DNA from: an uncultured Trueperaceae bacterium
GTDB taxonomy: Bacteria > Deinococcota > Deinococci > Deinococcales > Trueperaceae
NCBI GenBank assembly: GCA_963799485.1
Contig: CAWCXJ010000012.1
Coordinates: forward strand, 32,001-96,000
Reading direction: 5' to 3'
DNA length: 64,000 nucleotides
Of this stretch, positions 19,767 to 30,156 are shown in pieces (positions within the stretch are counted from its first letter, which is position 1; each line of letters begins with the position of its first letter). Below the pieces are notes generated by a model. The model searched no databases. It had not been told where the DNA came from and worked only from the letters and a program-made list of their open reading frames with translations. The position numbers were made by a program, and so were the translations under genes.

Positions 19767-21432
19767 TTACACTCGTTCTGTCATCCGTTTTTTCACTTAG
19801 GGCCGCGCTGCCTTTTGGCGAGAGCGCGTAGCGGCGGCCCAGCAGTCCACGCCGCAATTCCAGAAACCCGCGCCGTAAAAACCAGTCGGCGGTTTTTACG
19901 GCGCGCCTGCGCCGCCGGGGTTGCCTGAAACGGGCGAGAGTCTCGAGCCCCCCCCGGGTCAGATACGGTTCCGGGTCGCACACGTCGCAACCACACGCAC
20001 CCGTACTCGCCGCGTCGCCGAAATAACCGAGCAGCCGCTCGCGGCGGCAAAAGTTTAGCTCGGCGTAGCGGATGATTTCTTCAAGGAGCCGAACACGCCG
20101 CGCATTGTAAGACGTGACCCATCCGGGTTGAAAGTCGGGGAGGGTGCGGGCAAACGCCGGTTCCAGCGTAAGTTTTACGTCTCTACCTGCACGTGAAACG
20201 GCTGCAATGCCCTGATTTTCCAAAAGCTGCACGGTGCCGATGAGCTTGCCCCGGTTGAGGCCGAAATGTTCTACCGAAACCCTGTCGGGGTGGGCGTTGC
20301 GGAGCCCGACATAGACTTTTTTGAGGTCGAGCAGAGTAGGGCTCGAGGCCCGCAACACCCCTCTTTGCTTCGCGCCGTCGCCGTCTTCGTAGAGCAGCGT
20401 ACAGGTCGCGCGTTGCCCGCCCCGGCCCGCACGTCCGGCCTCCTGGTAGTAGGCCTCGAGCGAGGCCGGCAGTTGCAGATGAATCACCTGCTCGATATCT
20501 GCTTTGTCGACGCCCATCCCGAACGCGTTGGTGGCGACCATGACGCGCACGCGGCCCGCCAAAAAATCGTCTTGTACGGTGTTTCTAGTAGCAGCGTCCA
20601 ACCCGGCGTGATAGGCCGCACTCCTCAGTCCCCGTTCCAAAAGCTGCCGCGCCGTCCTTTCGGTGCGTTCCCGAGTCCCGGCGTAGACGACGCACGGGCC
20701 GGAAGTGCTTTCCAGCAGCAGGTAAAGCGCCTCCGCCCGCGCGGTCTCGTCCGGTACAGGCCACACCCGGTAACGCAGGTTGGGCCGGTCGAAACCGGTC
20801 AGTACCCGCACCGGGTCGCGGAGCCTTAAAAGCGCCACGATGTCGTCTCTTACGGCTTCTGTCGCTGTCGCAGTGAGCGCGGTGACCGGCGGATTGCCGA
20901 GCGTCTCCCGAACGCGCCCGAGCTGCCGGTAATCGGGGCGAAAGTCGTGCCCCCAGCCGGAGATGCAGTGCGCTTCATCGACCACGAGCCGGGCGACGCC
21001 AACACCACGCAGCGCACGCTGCACCCGTTCGTCGCCCAAACGTTCAGGCGAGAGATAAAGGAGCTGCAAGTCGTGAAGCTGTGTTAGCAGCCGCCCCTGT
21101 TCTGCAAACGTCAACTGGCTGGTAAGCGAAGCCGCCTCGACGCCGCGCCGTAAAAGCGCCCCAACCTGGTCTTTCATCAGCGCGATAAGCGGGCTGACAA
21201 CGACCGTAAGCCCTTTTGTAGCGAGCGCCGGCAGCTGATAGCAGAGCGACTTACCTGCGCCGGTGGGCATCACCGCCAGAATATCGTCGCCCCTAAACGC
21301 AGCCTCGAGCACGGCTTGTTGACCGGGGCGAAACGTGCTCAGGCCGAAACGTCCTAGCAAGTGCTCGAGGTCGGGTTGTCCAGCTTTCAGGGCGGTCGGT
21401 GGCGTCGGCACAGCTTTTAGTGTAGCAGTCAC
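19756..21432 (-). CDS. recQ: RecQ family ATP-dependent DNA helicase
   Basis: MPTGAGKSLCYQLPA, DEAHCISGWGHDFRPDY, QEAGRAGR, Zn-binding CRR..YF..CGCDVC; no HRDC domain seen. Confidence 0.93.
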   Translation of the reverse strand: MTATLKAVPTPPTALKAGQPDLEHLLGRFGLSTFRPGQQAVLEAAFRGDDILAVMPTGAGKSLCYQLPALATKGLTVVVSPLIALMKDQVGALLRRGVEAASLTSQLTFAEQGRLLTQLHDLQLLYLSPERLGDERVQRALRGVGVARLVVDEAHCISGWGHDFRPDYRQLGRVRETLGNPPVTALTATATEAVRDDIVALLRLRDPVRVLTGFDRPNLRYRVWPVPDETARAEALYLLLESTSGPCVVYAGTRERTERTARQLLERGLRSAAYHAGLDAATRNTVQDDFLAGRVRVMVATNAFGMGVDKADIEQVIHLQLPASLEAYYQEAGRAGRGGQRATCTLLYEDGDGAKQRGVLRASSPTLLDLKKVYVGLRNAHPDRVSVEHFGLNRGKLIGTVQLLENQGIAAVSRAGRDVKLTLEPAFARTLPDFQPGWVTSYNARRVRLLEEIIRYAELNFCRRERLLGYFGDAASTGACGCDVCDPEPYLTRGGLETLARFRQPRRRRRAVKTADWFLRRGFLELRRGLLGRRYALSPKGSAALSEKTDDRTSVNDG

Positions 21433-21467
21433 TTGACAGGTAGCCTCGAGCGGTTACGTTACTTTCA

Positions 21468-22577
21468 TTAGGGCAGCGACGCGGTGCGCTCGAGGTACGG
21501 CAGCGGGTCGACCGCCTGACCGTCGATGCGAATTTCAAAGTGCAAATGCGAACCCGTCGAACGGCCCGTCGACCCGACCCTGGCAATGACGTCACCGGCT
21601 GCAACTTGTTGACCTACAGCGGTCAGAAGCTCCGACGAGTGCCCGTAGTAGTACTCCACCCCGTCCGCTTCGACGACCGTCAGATAGCCGTAACCACCCT
21701 GCCAACCGCTGTAGGTCACGACGCCGGGCATGGCGGCGGTAATCGGGTCGCCGGTTACACCGTCGATATCTAGCCCGTAGTGATACGTCATCCCGAGCAG
21801 CGCACGCGGGCCGAAGTACGAGGTAATCGGCCCGTTGAGCGGCCAGATGATGTTGGGCGTTACGTTGCGGCTCGCGGACGGCGGCAGCAGCAGCGTCGCC
21901 CCGGCGTTTAGCACGTCACTGTCCAAACCGTTCAGGTCTTTAAGCGTTTCGACGCTCGTCCCGTTCCGGAGCGCGATTTCAGAGAGCGAATCGCCTGATT
22001 CGATGGTGATACTCGGTTCCGCGCCCCCACCCTGGTCGCTCGGTACGACGTCGGCTTGGACACCGGGGATACTCAGCGTCTCGCCGACGGTGAGCATCGC
22101 GTCGGGTTCAAGGCCGTTTGCCCCGCTGAGCGTACTCACAGGTACGCCGTAACGTTCTGCAAGCAACCAGAGCGAATCGCCGGGTTCGACGGTGACGCTG
22201 AGCGGTACCGCCGGGGCTGCGCCGCCCAGCATCAGCTTCTGCCCGATGACGAGGTTGGTATCGGCAAGGTCGTTCATCGCCATGAGTTCTTCGACGGGAA
22301 CGCCTGTTTGCGCGGCAACGGCTGACAACGTATCGCCGGGTTCGACGGTGTACGTGATCGCTTCAGGGATAATCAGGGTTGCCCCTGCTAGAAGGTCGGT
22401 GCCGGAGAGCATATTGGCGGCTAAAATTGCTTCGACGGTGGTACCGTAACGCTCTGCTAGAGCGCTCAGGGTGTCTCCGGGTTGCACCGTATACGTTTCT
22501 TGCGCGGCTACGACCGGAAGGGCAGAGAGCAGTACCGCTAAGGAAATGGCGGGAATAACTGTACGCGACCAAGACAT
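21468..22577 (-). CDS. Secreted LysM (x4) / M23 peptidase
   Basis: Signal peptide, four LysM repeats, HYGLD and HLHFE M23 motifs; ATG 22577 follows TACACT -10. Confidence 0.92.
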   Translation of the reverse strand: MSWSRTVIPAISLAVLLSALPVVAAQETYTVQPGDTLSALAERYGTTVEAILAANMLSGTDLLAGATLIIPEAITYTVEPGDTLSAVAAQTGVPVEELMAMNDLADTNLVIGQKLMLGGAAPAVPLSVTVEPGDSLWLLAERYGVPVSTLSGANGLEPDAMLTVGETLSIPGVQADVVPSDQGGGAEPSITIESGDSLSEIALRNGTSVETLKDLNGLDSDVLNAGATLLLPPSASRNVTPNIIWPLNGPITSYFGPRALLGMTYHYGLDIDGVTGDPITAAMPGVVTYSGWQGGYGYLTVVEADGVEYYYGHSSELLTAVGQQVAAGDVIARVGSTGRSTGSHLHFEIRIDGQAVDPLPYLERTASLP

Positions 22578-22754
22578 CGGTTGCAGTGTATCAGAAATTC
22601 CCGGCTCGTGTGAAGACACTTACGCCTTATGCACATGTTACTTACAAACCGCAAAGCTGTTTCGCCTGTCGTGAGCGCGATATTGTAAGTGTGTAGCGGG
22701 CCGAAAGTCGCGCGCTGGTTTAGCAGGACGACCTACGCCCGACCTACGCCGCGG

Positions 22755-23624
22755 TTACTCGAGCCTTTTCAGCGTTCCGTCGAGCGTCAGCAAGCGGCTG
22801 TAGAGGTCGGGGCGGCGGTCGCGGAAAAAACCAAACCCGGCCCGAAAGCGTCGGGCGGCGGCAAAGTCCAACTCGGCGTAGATGACGGTCTCGGAGGTTT
22901 CGTCGGCTTCGGCGAGCTTGCTGCCGGTGTAGTCGCAAATAAACGACGACCCGTAAAAGCGGGCGTCGCCTTCGGTGCCGACCCGGTTGGCAGCGGCAAC
23001 ATAAACGCTGTTTGACACCGCATGCCCGACCATCGCCCGTTGCCACATGTCGCGGGTCTCCAACCCCCCCACCTCTTGCGGTTCGGAACCGATGGCTGTC
23101 GGGTAGAGGAGCAGATTCGCGCCTTGCAGGGCCATCGCGCGCGCCGCCTCGGGAAACCACTGATCCCAGCAGATCGCTGCGCCGAGGTTGCCGTAACGCG
23201 TCTCCCACGCCTTGAAGCCGGTATCGCCGACGTTGAAGTAAAACTTTTCCTCGTAACCGGGGCCGTCGGGGATGTGCGATTTGCGGTAGATACCCAAATC
23301 GCCGCCCGCGTCGAACATCTTTAGGCTATTGTAGTACGCTTGCCCCGCCGACTCGAAAAACGACACCGGCAGCACCACACCGAGTTCGGCGGCGAGTGCA
23401 CCGAAACGTTCTAAAAAAGGGTGTTTGTCCGCCGGGTGTGCAAGTGAAAAGAGGTCGTCGCGCTCGAGCTGCGGAAAGTACAGGTTTTCAAACAGCTCTT
23501 GCAGCAAGACGATGTTGGCCCCGGCCCCGGCAGCTTCGCGGACGAAGTGTTCGGCTTTGTCCAAGTTTTCTTCTAAAACGTCTGAACAGCTCATCTGAAC
23601 AACGGCGAGTTTTACGGTAGGCAT
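22755..23624 (-). CDS. aguB: N-carbamoylputrescine amidase
   Basis: Nitrilase fold QELF, RKSHIPDGPGYEEKFYF, ICWDQWFPE, YPTAIGSEP. Confidence 0.95.
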   Translation of the reverse strand: MPTVKLAVVQMSCSDVLEENLDKAEHFVREAAGAGANIVLLQELFENLYFPQLERDDLFSLAHPADKHPFLERFGALAAELGVVLPVSFFESAGQAYYNSLKMFDAGGDLGIYRKSHIPDGPGYEEKFYFNVGDTGFKAWETRYGNLGAAICWDQWFPEAARAMALQGANLLLYPTAIGSEPQEVGGLETRDMWQRAMVGHAVSNSVYVAAANRVGTEGDARFYGSSFICDYTGSKLAEADETSETVIYAELDFAAARRFRAGFGFFRDRRPDLYSRLLTLDGTLKRLE

Positions 23625-24166
23625 ATGGAGTTCCTTTGATTATTCTGAAGATGGGTAGAGATAGCGGCAGCCGTCTTTTGGGGTGAGGTTGTAGTGGTGT
23701 CAAGCTTTAAGCTCGGCCTCTCCGGGTAGGGCGTAAAAAGGTCGTAAATCGCAAGCAGTTCACGTAGAAACTTGGCGTCTGTAATCTTGCCGCTCGAGCG
23801 CCGTGAGGCTGCGCCGACGCGTTCGGTAAGCTTTTCCGGGTCACAAGTGAGTTGGACAAGCAACGTTGTTGCACCGTGTTTTTCGACGGCTTCTAACATC
23901 CACTGTATTTCCCGGTCGTCTTGCGGGTGAGCGTAGACGTAGGTGAAGATGAGGTCAACGCCGCTTCTAGCTGCCTCTTCAAAAATCAGTTGCCGCAAAC
24001 CGTGAACCGTATGCCTAAAAGCTGGCGTGCCACGTTCAAAAAAGGTTTTCGCCAAATCGATGCTCAGATGGTTGTGGAATACCTTGAAGCCGGTCAACCG
24101 TGCCAGCTCTTTGGCCACCGTCAACTTGCCTACAGCGGGCGGGCCGTAGAGCAACACGAACATCAC
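23612..24166 (-). CDS. P-loop (AAA/shikimate-kinase-like) nucleotide kinase
   Basis: LYGPPAVGKLTVA, FHNHL motifs. Confidence 0.82.
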   Translation of the reverse strand: MMFVLLYGPPAVGKLTVAKELARLTGFKVFHNHLSIDLAKTFFERGTPAFRHTVHGLRQLIFEEAARSGVDLIFTYVYAHPQDDREIQWMLEAVEKHGATTLLVQLTCDPEKLTERVGAASRRSSGKITDAKFLRELLAIYDLFTPYPERPSLKLDTTTTSPQKTAAAISTHLQNNQRNSICLP

Positions 24167-25239
24167 GGCGGGGAGATTTCTCCTTCGGGTTGCTGCTGCG
24201 TCACACAGTGAAACGAGCCGCCCCCGGTGATGAGCGTCCGTGACGAAAGGCCGATAACCTCGCGCCCCGGAAACAGCGGCGCTAGTATTTCCAAGGCCCG
24301 CGCGTCGTTTTCGTCGCCGTACTGCGGCACCACCACAAAGCCGTTACCGATATAAAAGTTCGCGTAAGAAGGTGCCAGCCGGACGCCCGCAAAGTCGCGG
24401 CGTTTTTTGGGGAGTGGCAGCTCGAGCACGTTGTACGGGTTGCCGTTATGGTCGCGCAAGTTCTGTAGAAGTGTCAAGTTGCGCCTCATCGGTTCAAAGT
24501 TAGCGTCGTGTTCGTCTTCAGCCACCGCGCAGACAATTGTTTGGTCGCCCGTAAAACGCACGATGGTGTCGATGTGCCCGTCGGTGTGGTCGCCCTCGAG
24601 CCCCTCCTCCAGCCACACTACGTACTTGACGCCCAGATTCGCCCGTAAAACCGCCTCCAAATCGGCTTCGCCCAACTTCGGGTTGCGCTGCTGTGAGAGC
24701 AAACAGCTCCGGGTGGTTAACAAAACGCCCTGCCCGTTTAGCTCCAAAGACCCGCCTTCCATCACGACGGGCACCGTAAAACGTTTTATCGACAGGGTTT
24801 CGGCAACGTGCTCCGGCGCCTGGTCGTCGTCGTCCCAGGGCGCGTACTTTTCGCCCCAGGCATTAAAACCCCAATCGGTGAGGGCAACCTCACCCGCCGC
24901 GTTACGGATGAAAATCGGCCCGTTGTCGCGGAACCAGACGTCGTTTAGCGGGATACGGTGAAAGGTGATGTTCGCTAAAGGTGCGTTTTGAGCCCCTAAC
25001 CTCGCCCGTGCGTCGGCCTCGGTCGCTTCGTCCCGGACGTTAAGTATCACCGGCTCGAAACGGGCTACGGTCGCTACCAGCGCCGTAAACTCGCCTCGAA
25101 CCGCCTCTAACTGCCCTTCCCAGAGCGCGTCGTCAAAAGGCCAGCTCGTCCAGGTCGCGGCGTGCGGCGACCATTCGGGGGGCACGGAAAAACCCAGCTC
25201 AGCCGGGCGGGGAGCCGGATAGTTTGTCGTTTGGCTCAT
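24163..25239 (-). CDS. aguA: Agmatine deiminase
   Basis: PPEW, DVWFRDNGP, MEGGS, DHTDGHID, SYANFY, GGSFHCVTQQQP. Confidence 0.95.
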   Translation of the reverse strand: MSQTTNYPAPRPAELGFSVPPEWSPHAATWTSWPFDDALWEGQLEAVRGEFTALVATVARFEPVILNVRDEATEADARARLGAQNAPLANITFHRIPLNDVWFRDNGPIFIRNAAGEVALTDWGFNAWGEKYAPWDDDDQAPEHVAETLSIKRFTVPVVMEGGSLELNGQGVLLTTRSCLLSQQRNPKLGEADLEAVLRANLGVKYVVWLEEGLEGDHTDGHIDTIVRFTGDQTIVCAVAEDEHDANFEPMRRNLTLLQNLRDHNGNPYNVLELPLPKKRRDFAGVRLAPSYANFYIGNGFVVVPQYGDENDARALEILAPLFPGREVIGLSSRTLITGGGSFHCVTQQQPEGEISPP

Positions 25240-25268
25240 CGGTTCTCCTGACACAGCTTAGGCGACTG

Positions 25269-26162
25269 CTAGTCTTTGGGGACGGTTATAGCTTTGCCGC
25301 TCGAGGTCGCGTCCGGCCTGGGGGGGATTTTTAACGACTCAGGCAGGTCTTCGGGGTTAAGCGCTGCTAAGGCACCCTCGTAACCACAGCGAATCGCGTC
25401 GTCCATCTTGTTGAAGTGGTGCGGCATGATGTCGGGCGGCAAGGGTGGTTTGATAATCAGGTCGGGCGGGTGCATCGCGTAGATCAGCTCGGCTAATTTG
25501 CCCTGGGTGATGGTAAAGGCTTTTTCGGCGATTTCCATCGGGACGGTAAACTGCTTTATGCTCAGCCGCGCCGCGAGCTTGCTCCAAAGCCCTTCCTGTT
25601 CTCCCATCAGATCGACCTTCCGGTCTATCGGCACCGTTACGTCGATGGCGATTACCGGCCTGTCGGTCAGGGTGCGGATCACGTCGACCGGGACGATATT
25701 GAGGGTGCCGCCGTCGATAAAATAACGGCCCTCGTCCTCGACAGGGTCGAATACACCGGGAAAAGCGTTGCTGGCGCAGAGACGCCGGACGAGCGGCCCA
25801 CTCCTGAGGACATAAGAGAGACCTTGCTGCACGTCGACCGAGACGGCGGCGAAAGGATAGTTAAGCTCTTCAAAGGTCGCGGGCAGGTGCGGCGCTAAAA
25901 TCTCCTCCAACCCCCTTGAACCGATAATCCCGTTGCCGCCGTCGAAGTCGATGTTGAGCACCTTGAGCATATTGGTTTCTCTAAAGATTTCCTCGATGTG
26001 GTGGGGCGTGTGGCCCGCCGCGTGCAGCGCGCCGACGATTGCACCCGCTGAACACGTGCTCATTGCGACGGGCTCAAAGCCACAGGCCTCGAGCGCCTGC
26101 AGCGCGCCGATATGGGCAAAACAGCGCGCCCCGCCGCCGCCTAGAACAACCCCTACTTTCAC
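25269..26162 (-). CDS. Patatin-like phospholipase
   Basis: VLGGGGAR, TCSAG (GxSxG variant), DGG. Confidence 0.9.
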   Translation of the reverse strand: MKVGVVLGGGGARCFAHIGALQALEACGFEPVAMSTCSAGAIVGALHAAGHTPHHIEEIFRETNMLKVLNIDFDGGNGIIGSRGLEEILAPHLPATFEELNYPFAAVSVDVQQGLSYVLRSGPLVRRLCASNAFPGVFDPVEDEGRYFIDGGTLNIVPVDVIRTLTDRPVIAIDVTVPIDRKVDLMGEQEGLWSKLAARLSIKQFTVPMEIAEKAFTITQGKLAELIYAMHPPDLIIKPPLPPDIMPHHFNKMDDAIRCGYEGALAALNPEDLPESLKIPPRPDATSSGKAITVPKD

Positions 26163-26408
26163 CCTCGTACCTCTGAATATGTTCGCATCTTGGTTTTGGA
26201 TAACCTCACCCTTCTACCATCTCACATTTTAGTGTGACCAAACGTTTTATATTACCGGTGTAGTACTCGGCGCGGACTCGGGCGTTACCCAATCGGCCCC
26301 CCGCGACCTACAGGCGTCACGTCGTAACCGTGACGGGATAACAATGGGAGTTCTCTTGAAAAACTGTGTGTGTAGCCTGCCTGCTTTTGTCGTGCCGGTG
26401 TCCTGCTG

Positions 26409-27782
26409 ATGGCGTCTTCTAGCGGGGGCCTCGAGGTCAGAAATGTGGACGACGCGGTTGAAGCTATCGGTCTGGGACGGTTTCAGTGGCGGCTCTTAGG
26501 CGTCAACGGCCTCGTCTGGGCAGGTGACGCGATGGAAGTTATCGGCATCGGCTTTATCATCCCGTCGATTATTGCGACGTTCGGGGTAAGCGGGGGCCAA
26601 GCCGGGCTGATCGGCTCGCTTTTCTTTGCCGGGATGTTTTTCGGCGCGTGGGGTTTCGGGGCCTTAGCCGACCGTGTCGGGCGGCGGCGGGTGTTTTTGC
26701 TGACGATTGCGCTGAACGCGGTGTTTGCGCTCGCATCGGCGTTTGCGCCGAGTTTTACGGTGCTGCTCAGCCTGCGGTTTTTGAACGGTCTGGCGGTCGG
26801 CGGCACCTTGCCTGTCGATTACGCGGTGATGGCGGAATACCTGCCCAAGCGCGAACGGGGCCGGTTTCTGATTTACCTCGAGAGTTTCTGGGCGCTCGGT
26901 ACGGTGATCGTGGCGCTGTTGGCGTGGGCTATCGTCCCGCAGTTGCCGGAAACCGGCTGGCGCTGGCTGTTAGCCGTCAACGCGCTGCCCGGTATTCTGG
27001 GCTTTTGGGTACGGCTCAGCGTCCCGGAATCACCGCGTTTTCTGCTCCTGCGCGGCGACGTTGCCGGGGCTAAAGGCGTGTTGGAACGTGTTGCCGGCAT
27101 CAACCGGGTAGAACTGGATTTGACCCGGCTTACGGTGACGCCGCCCGCGCCGCGCCGCAACACCACAGCGGCCCTTTTTACCCCTGAACTCTTGTCCCGG
27201 ACGCTCTCGCTGCTCGTGGTCTGGTTCGCGCTTTCGTTCGGCTATTACGGCGTCTTTACCTGGCTCCGGCCTATCTTTGTCGGGCAAGGTATCGCCGTAC
27301 TCGGCACCTACTGGTTTCTGGTCGTGCTGGCGCTCGCACAGCTGCCCGGTTACGCGCTGGCGGCGCTCAGCTTAGACCGCTTGGGACGCAAACCGACGCT
27401 GGCGCTGTTTTTGGGGGTGAGCGCGGTCTCGAGCATGGTCTTTGCTTTCTCGACCACCCCGGCTGTGGTGATTGTGGCAAGTTTGCTCTTGTCCGCGTCG
27501 CTTTTGGGTGCGTGGGGCGCACTTTACGCCGCCACACCCGAGTTTTACCCGACCGAGGTGCGGGCGACCGGAACCGGCGTGATGGGCGCGGCGGCGCGGG
27601 CCGGGGGCATCGTCGCAGCGCAGCTCGGCGGCACCTTGCTCTTGGTCTCGTTTCCGCTGGCGTTAGGTATTTTTGCACTTTCGCTCGTCGTTGCGGGCGT
27701 TGCCGCGCTCTTTCTGACCGGGGAACGGCGCGCGCAGGCGCTCAGCGAACGTTTGGGCGAACCTCTGCCCGGCAAAAGCTAG
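26409..27782 (+). CDS. MFS transporter (sugar-porter/SV2-like)
   Basis: About 12 TM segments, ADRVGRR, PESPR, DRLGRK, PEFYPTEVRATG. Confidence 0.92.
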   Translation: MASSSGGLEVRNVDDAVEAIGLGRFQWRLLGVNGLVWAGDAMEVIGIGFIIPSIIATFGVSGGQAGLIGSLFFAGMFFGAWGFGALADRVGRRRVFLLTIALNAVFALASAFAPSFTVLLSLRFLNGLAVGGTLPVDYAVMAEYLPKRERGRFLIYLESFWALGTVIVALLAWAIVPQLPETGWRWLLAVNALPGILGFWVRLSVPESPRFLLLRGDVAGAKGVLERVAGINRVELDLTRLTVTPPAPRRNTTAALFTPELLSRTLSLLVVWFALSFGYYGVFTWLRPIFVGQGIAVLGTYWFLVVLALAQLPGYALAALSLDRLGRKPTLALFLGVSAVSSMVFAFSTTPAVVIVASLLLSASLLGAWGALYAATPEFYPTEVRATGTGVMGAAARAGGIVAAQLGGTLLLVSFPLALGIFALSLVVAGVAALFLTGERRAQALSERLGEPLPGKS

Positions 27783-28372
27783 TTTTGGGGTTGTGGCGTA
27801 AGCTCGTAAGCGAGGTTGCCGCGCTCCAAACCCTTAAACGGTGCTTGCGAAAAATCCACGATGATGGCGCTGCCGTCGCCGCTGCGCACATTGTCGAGCG
27901 CGTACACGCGTACCGGCCCGTCGGCGCGAACGCCGCTTTTCGAGCGGGTAAAGGGTTGTTCATCGTCGTGTGGGTGGGCAAGTGGGCGTCGCCCGTTTTT
28001 TGCGCCCTCAAAGACGATGGTGTCGGCGTAGTCGTCCCAGCCCTGGTCGTTGTGACGCACCGTTGCGCCCATGCTAAAGGTATTCGGCGCAGCCTCCCGG
28101 CTAAAACGCATCCCGACCACGTGCGGCTGATCGAAGGTGCCCCAGTCGGCTAAGCGAAGCTCGAGTTGCCCTCCGTCAAAATAGACCGTAAACGGCTCGC
28201 CCAAGTCTTTTTCTTCAACGCCGAAAAACTCGCCGTTGCGGTTCGAGCCTTCGCCCGAGTCCCACTGCAGCGGCTTTCCGTCTAAGGTGAGTTTGAGCGA
28301 GTAGTACTGTACTTGGGCTGAAGCCAAAGAGAGCAGCGTAAAACCGAGTACAAGTAAAAGGGTTCGTTTCAT
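27779..28372 (-). CDS. Hypothetical secreted protein
   Basis: MKRTLLLVLGFTLLSLASA signal peptide; TATGGT -10 six nt before ATG. Confidence 0.7.
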   Translation of the reverse strand: MKRTLLLVLGFTLLSLASAQVQYYSLKLTLDGKPLQWDSGEGSNRNGEFFGVEEKDLGEPFTVYFDGGQLELRLADWGTFDQPHVVGMRFSREAAPNTFSMGATVRHNDQGWDDYADTIVFEGAKNGRRPLAHPHDDEQPFTRSKSGVRADGPVRVYALDNVRSGDGSAIIVDFSQAPFKGLERGNLAYELTPQPQN

Positions 28373-28454
28373 AAACTCACCATACGGAACGCAGGTTAAG
28401 CTTCCCTACGGAGATGATGAAAGACTTAAATGTTCCGGTAGGTGGCGGCCCCAA

Positions 28455-28808
28455 ATGAGCCGTTCGCTGGCGCTCGCCCGCAGCTTTCTCGGTCGATCCG
28501 TAACAGTCGCAGTTGACCGCCCGCTCGGGTCACGTCATCCTCGTCACCATGACATTGTATACCCGGTCAATTACGGCTATCTGCCCGGTACGCTCGCACC
28601 CGACGGCGAAGCGTTAGACGCTTACGTTTTGGGTGTTGACGCAGCGCTCGAGACGTTTTACGGCCTAGCTATCGCTATCATTCACCGTAAAGATGACGAT
28701 GACGACAAACTTGTCGTCGTGCCTGAAGGGTTCGCGCCGACCGACGTACAAATCATGGACGCGACAAGGTTTCAAGAGCAGTTTTTTCGCGCTTCAGTCG
28801 TTCGTTAG
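28455..28808 (+). CDS. Short inorganic pyrophosphatase family protein
   Basis: VDRPLGS, YPVNYGY, DGEALD, DDDDKLVV. Confidence 0.85.
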   Translation: MSRSLALARSFLGRSVTVAVDRPLGSRHPRHHDIVYPVNYGYLPGTLAPDGEALDAYVLGVDAALETFYGLAIAIIHRKDDDDDKLVVVPEGFAPTDVQIMDATRFQEQFFRASVVR

Positions 28809-30087
28809 GGGCAAAGCCGCGCCTGAACCTCACCGTCTGCACTACCCGGAAGTGTCAGTGTGGCCGCCTGTAACGGGCCGTCAAGTGTCAGAAAAAACTT
28901 GCCGTCGTTGCGTTCGCGGTTTGAGCGCTCGAGCCTCACTATTTCCTCTTTGCTGCCCCTGTAACCGAGTTTTAGGCCGAGTGAGGTCTGTGACAAGTCG
29001 GACAACTCAAGATACAAAAATCCCGTCTTTTCACCTGTAAGTCGGTAAAGAGCGGCACCGTCCGGCTGAGTGGTTTCGTCGTGGACGCGCTGCTTTGTGA
29101 CGTGCTGCACGCCCCCCGAACACTGGGGATGAGCTGCCGGTAAAATGTCGGGTCTTGCGGCACGTCAAAGAGCGTGGCAAACTCCCACACCAGAAAAACC
29201 GGTTTGGCCTGCCGGAAGGTTTCGGAGCGGAGGTACGCCTCGAGCGCGGCTTGCGGCCCGCCGCCGACTGCCGACACGTTCAGCACCTCCAACCCGGTGG
29301 CCTGCGCCAGAAAGCCCGCAAAGTTGAGGTCTTGGCGGGCGCTGTTGCTCGTTCCGGCGAGGGTGATAGGCGGCGCGGACGCGCCGAACAAATCGTCGTT
29401 ACCGGCTGATTTTACTACGGTTTGATATCTGCTGAACTTTTCGGCAGGTGGGTTTTTACCGCAAATTTGCCCAATCGCCTCGCCGAACGACCCGGTTTGC
29501 GCCACGGTCTCTACCGCTGCGGTCGTAAACGTCTGTGCTTTTGCGGCGGTCGACCGAAACGCAGGCGTGGCCTTGACCGTTTGCGCGACCGCAGCGGCGC
29601 TTGCTCTCGAGCCGTCCGGTGTCCAGTGGTGGTCACGCCGAAAAAAATAGTTCGGCGTCGCCGTAACGACTGCTGCGAGGTCGGTGACGTGCAGCCCGGC
29701 GTCCTGCAAAGTAGCTCGCACCGCTTCGTAGCGGGCCAGCGCTTCACCCGGCGTGTAGTTCGGAATGCTGCCGGCCTCTAACGCAGTCCCGCGCGGAGGC
29801 TGCGCCGCGATAATCAAGGTGACACCCTGCGCTGCGAGCGCCTCGCTGAGCGTTTTCAGATACTCGAGCGTAGTGGGCTCGAGTTCAAACGTCGTCAAAA
29901 GGTCGTCTTGCCGTAAAAGCCAGCCCCCCGGCCCCGGCAACAGTTTATAAAACCACCTGCCCTGATACGCCGCCGGGGTCTCTGCCGCGTCGCAAAAGTA
30001 GCTTTTCGTGTTCTGCTCCCGCCACCACCAAAACGCGCCCAACCCAACGAAAAGACCTAACGCAAGATAGGGAAGCGCGCGTTTCAT
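28805..30087 (-). pseudogene. AlgX/AlgJ-like alginate O-acetyltransferase with a frameshift near 29025
   Basis: FFRRDHHWT and LAGTSNS SGNH-like motifs, LVWEF; the C-terminal CBM-like domain (FLYLELSD..RLERSNR..DGKFF..ARLCP) continues in another frame. Confidence 0.72.
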
Positions 30088-30156
30088 GCCCGCAGTTTAC
30101 CGAGAGCGTTTTGCGACAAAATGATGGCAGGGTGAGGTTTAAGCCGGAAAGCCTCT

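Noticed and set aside
22609..22624. CRP/DdrI-like site TGTGA-N6-TTACG upstream of the LysM-M23 gene
   Set aside because: Two mismatches in one half-site and spacing about 2-3 nt off the class II position; could be chance.
26221..26408. Possible riboswitch upstream of the MFS transporter
   Set aside because: Only a small GTCACG..CGTGAC hairpin; no recognisable aptamer consensus.
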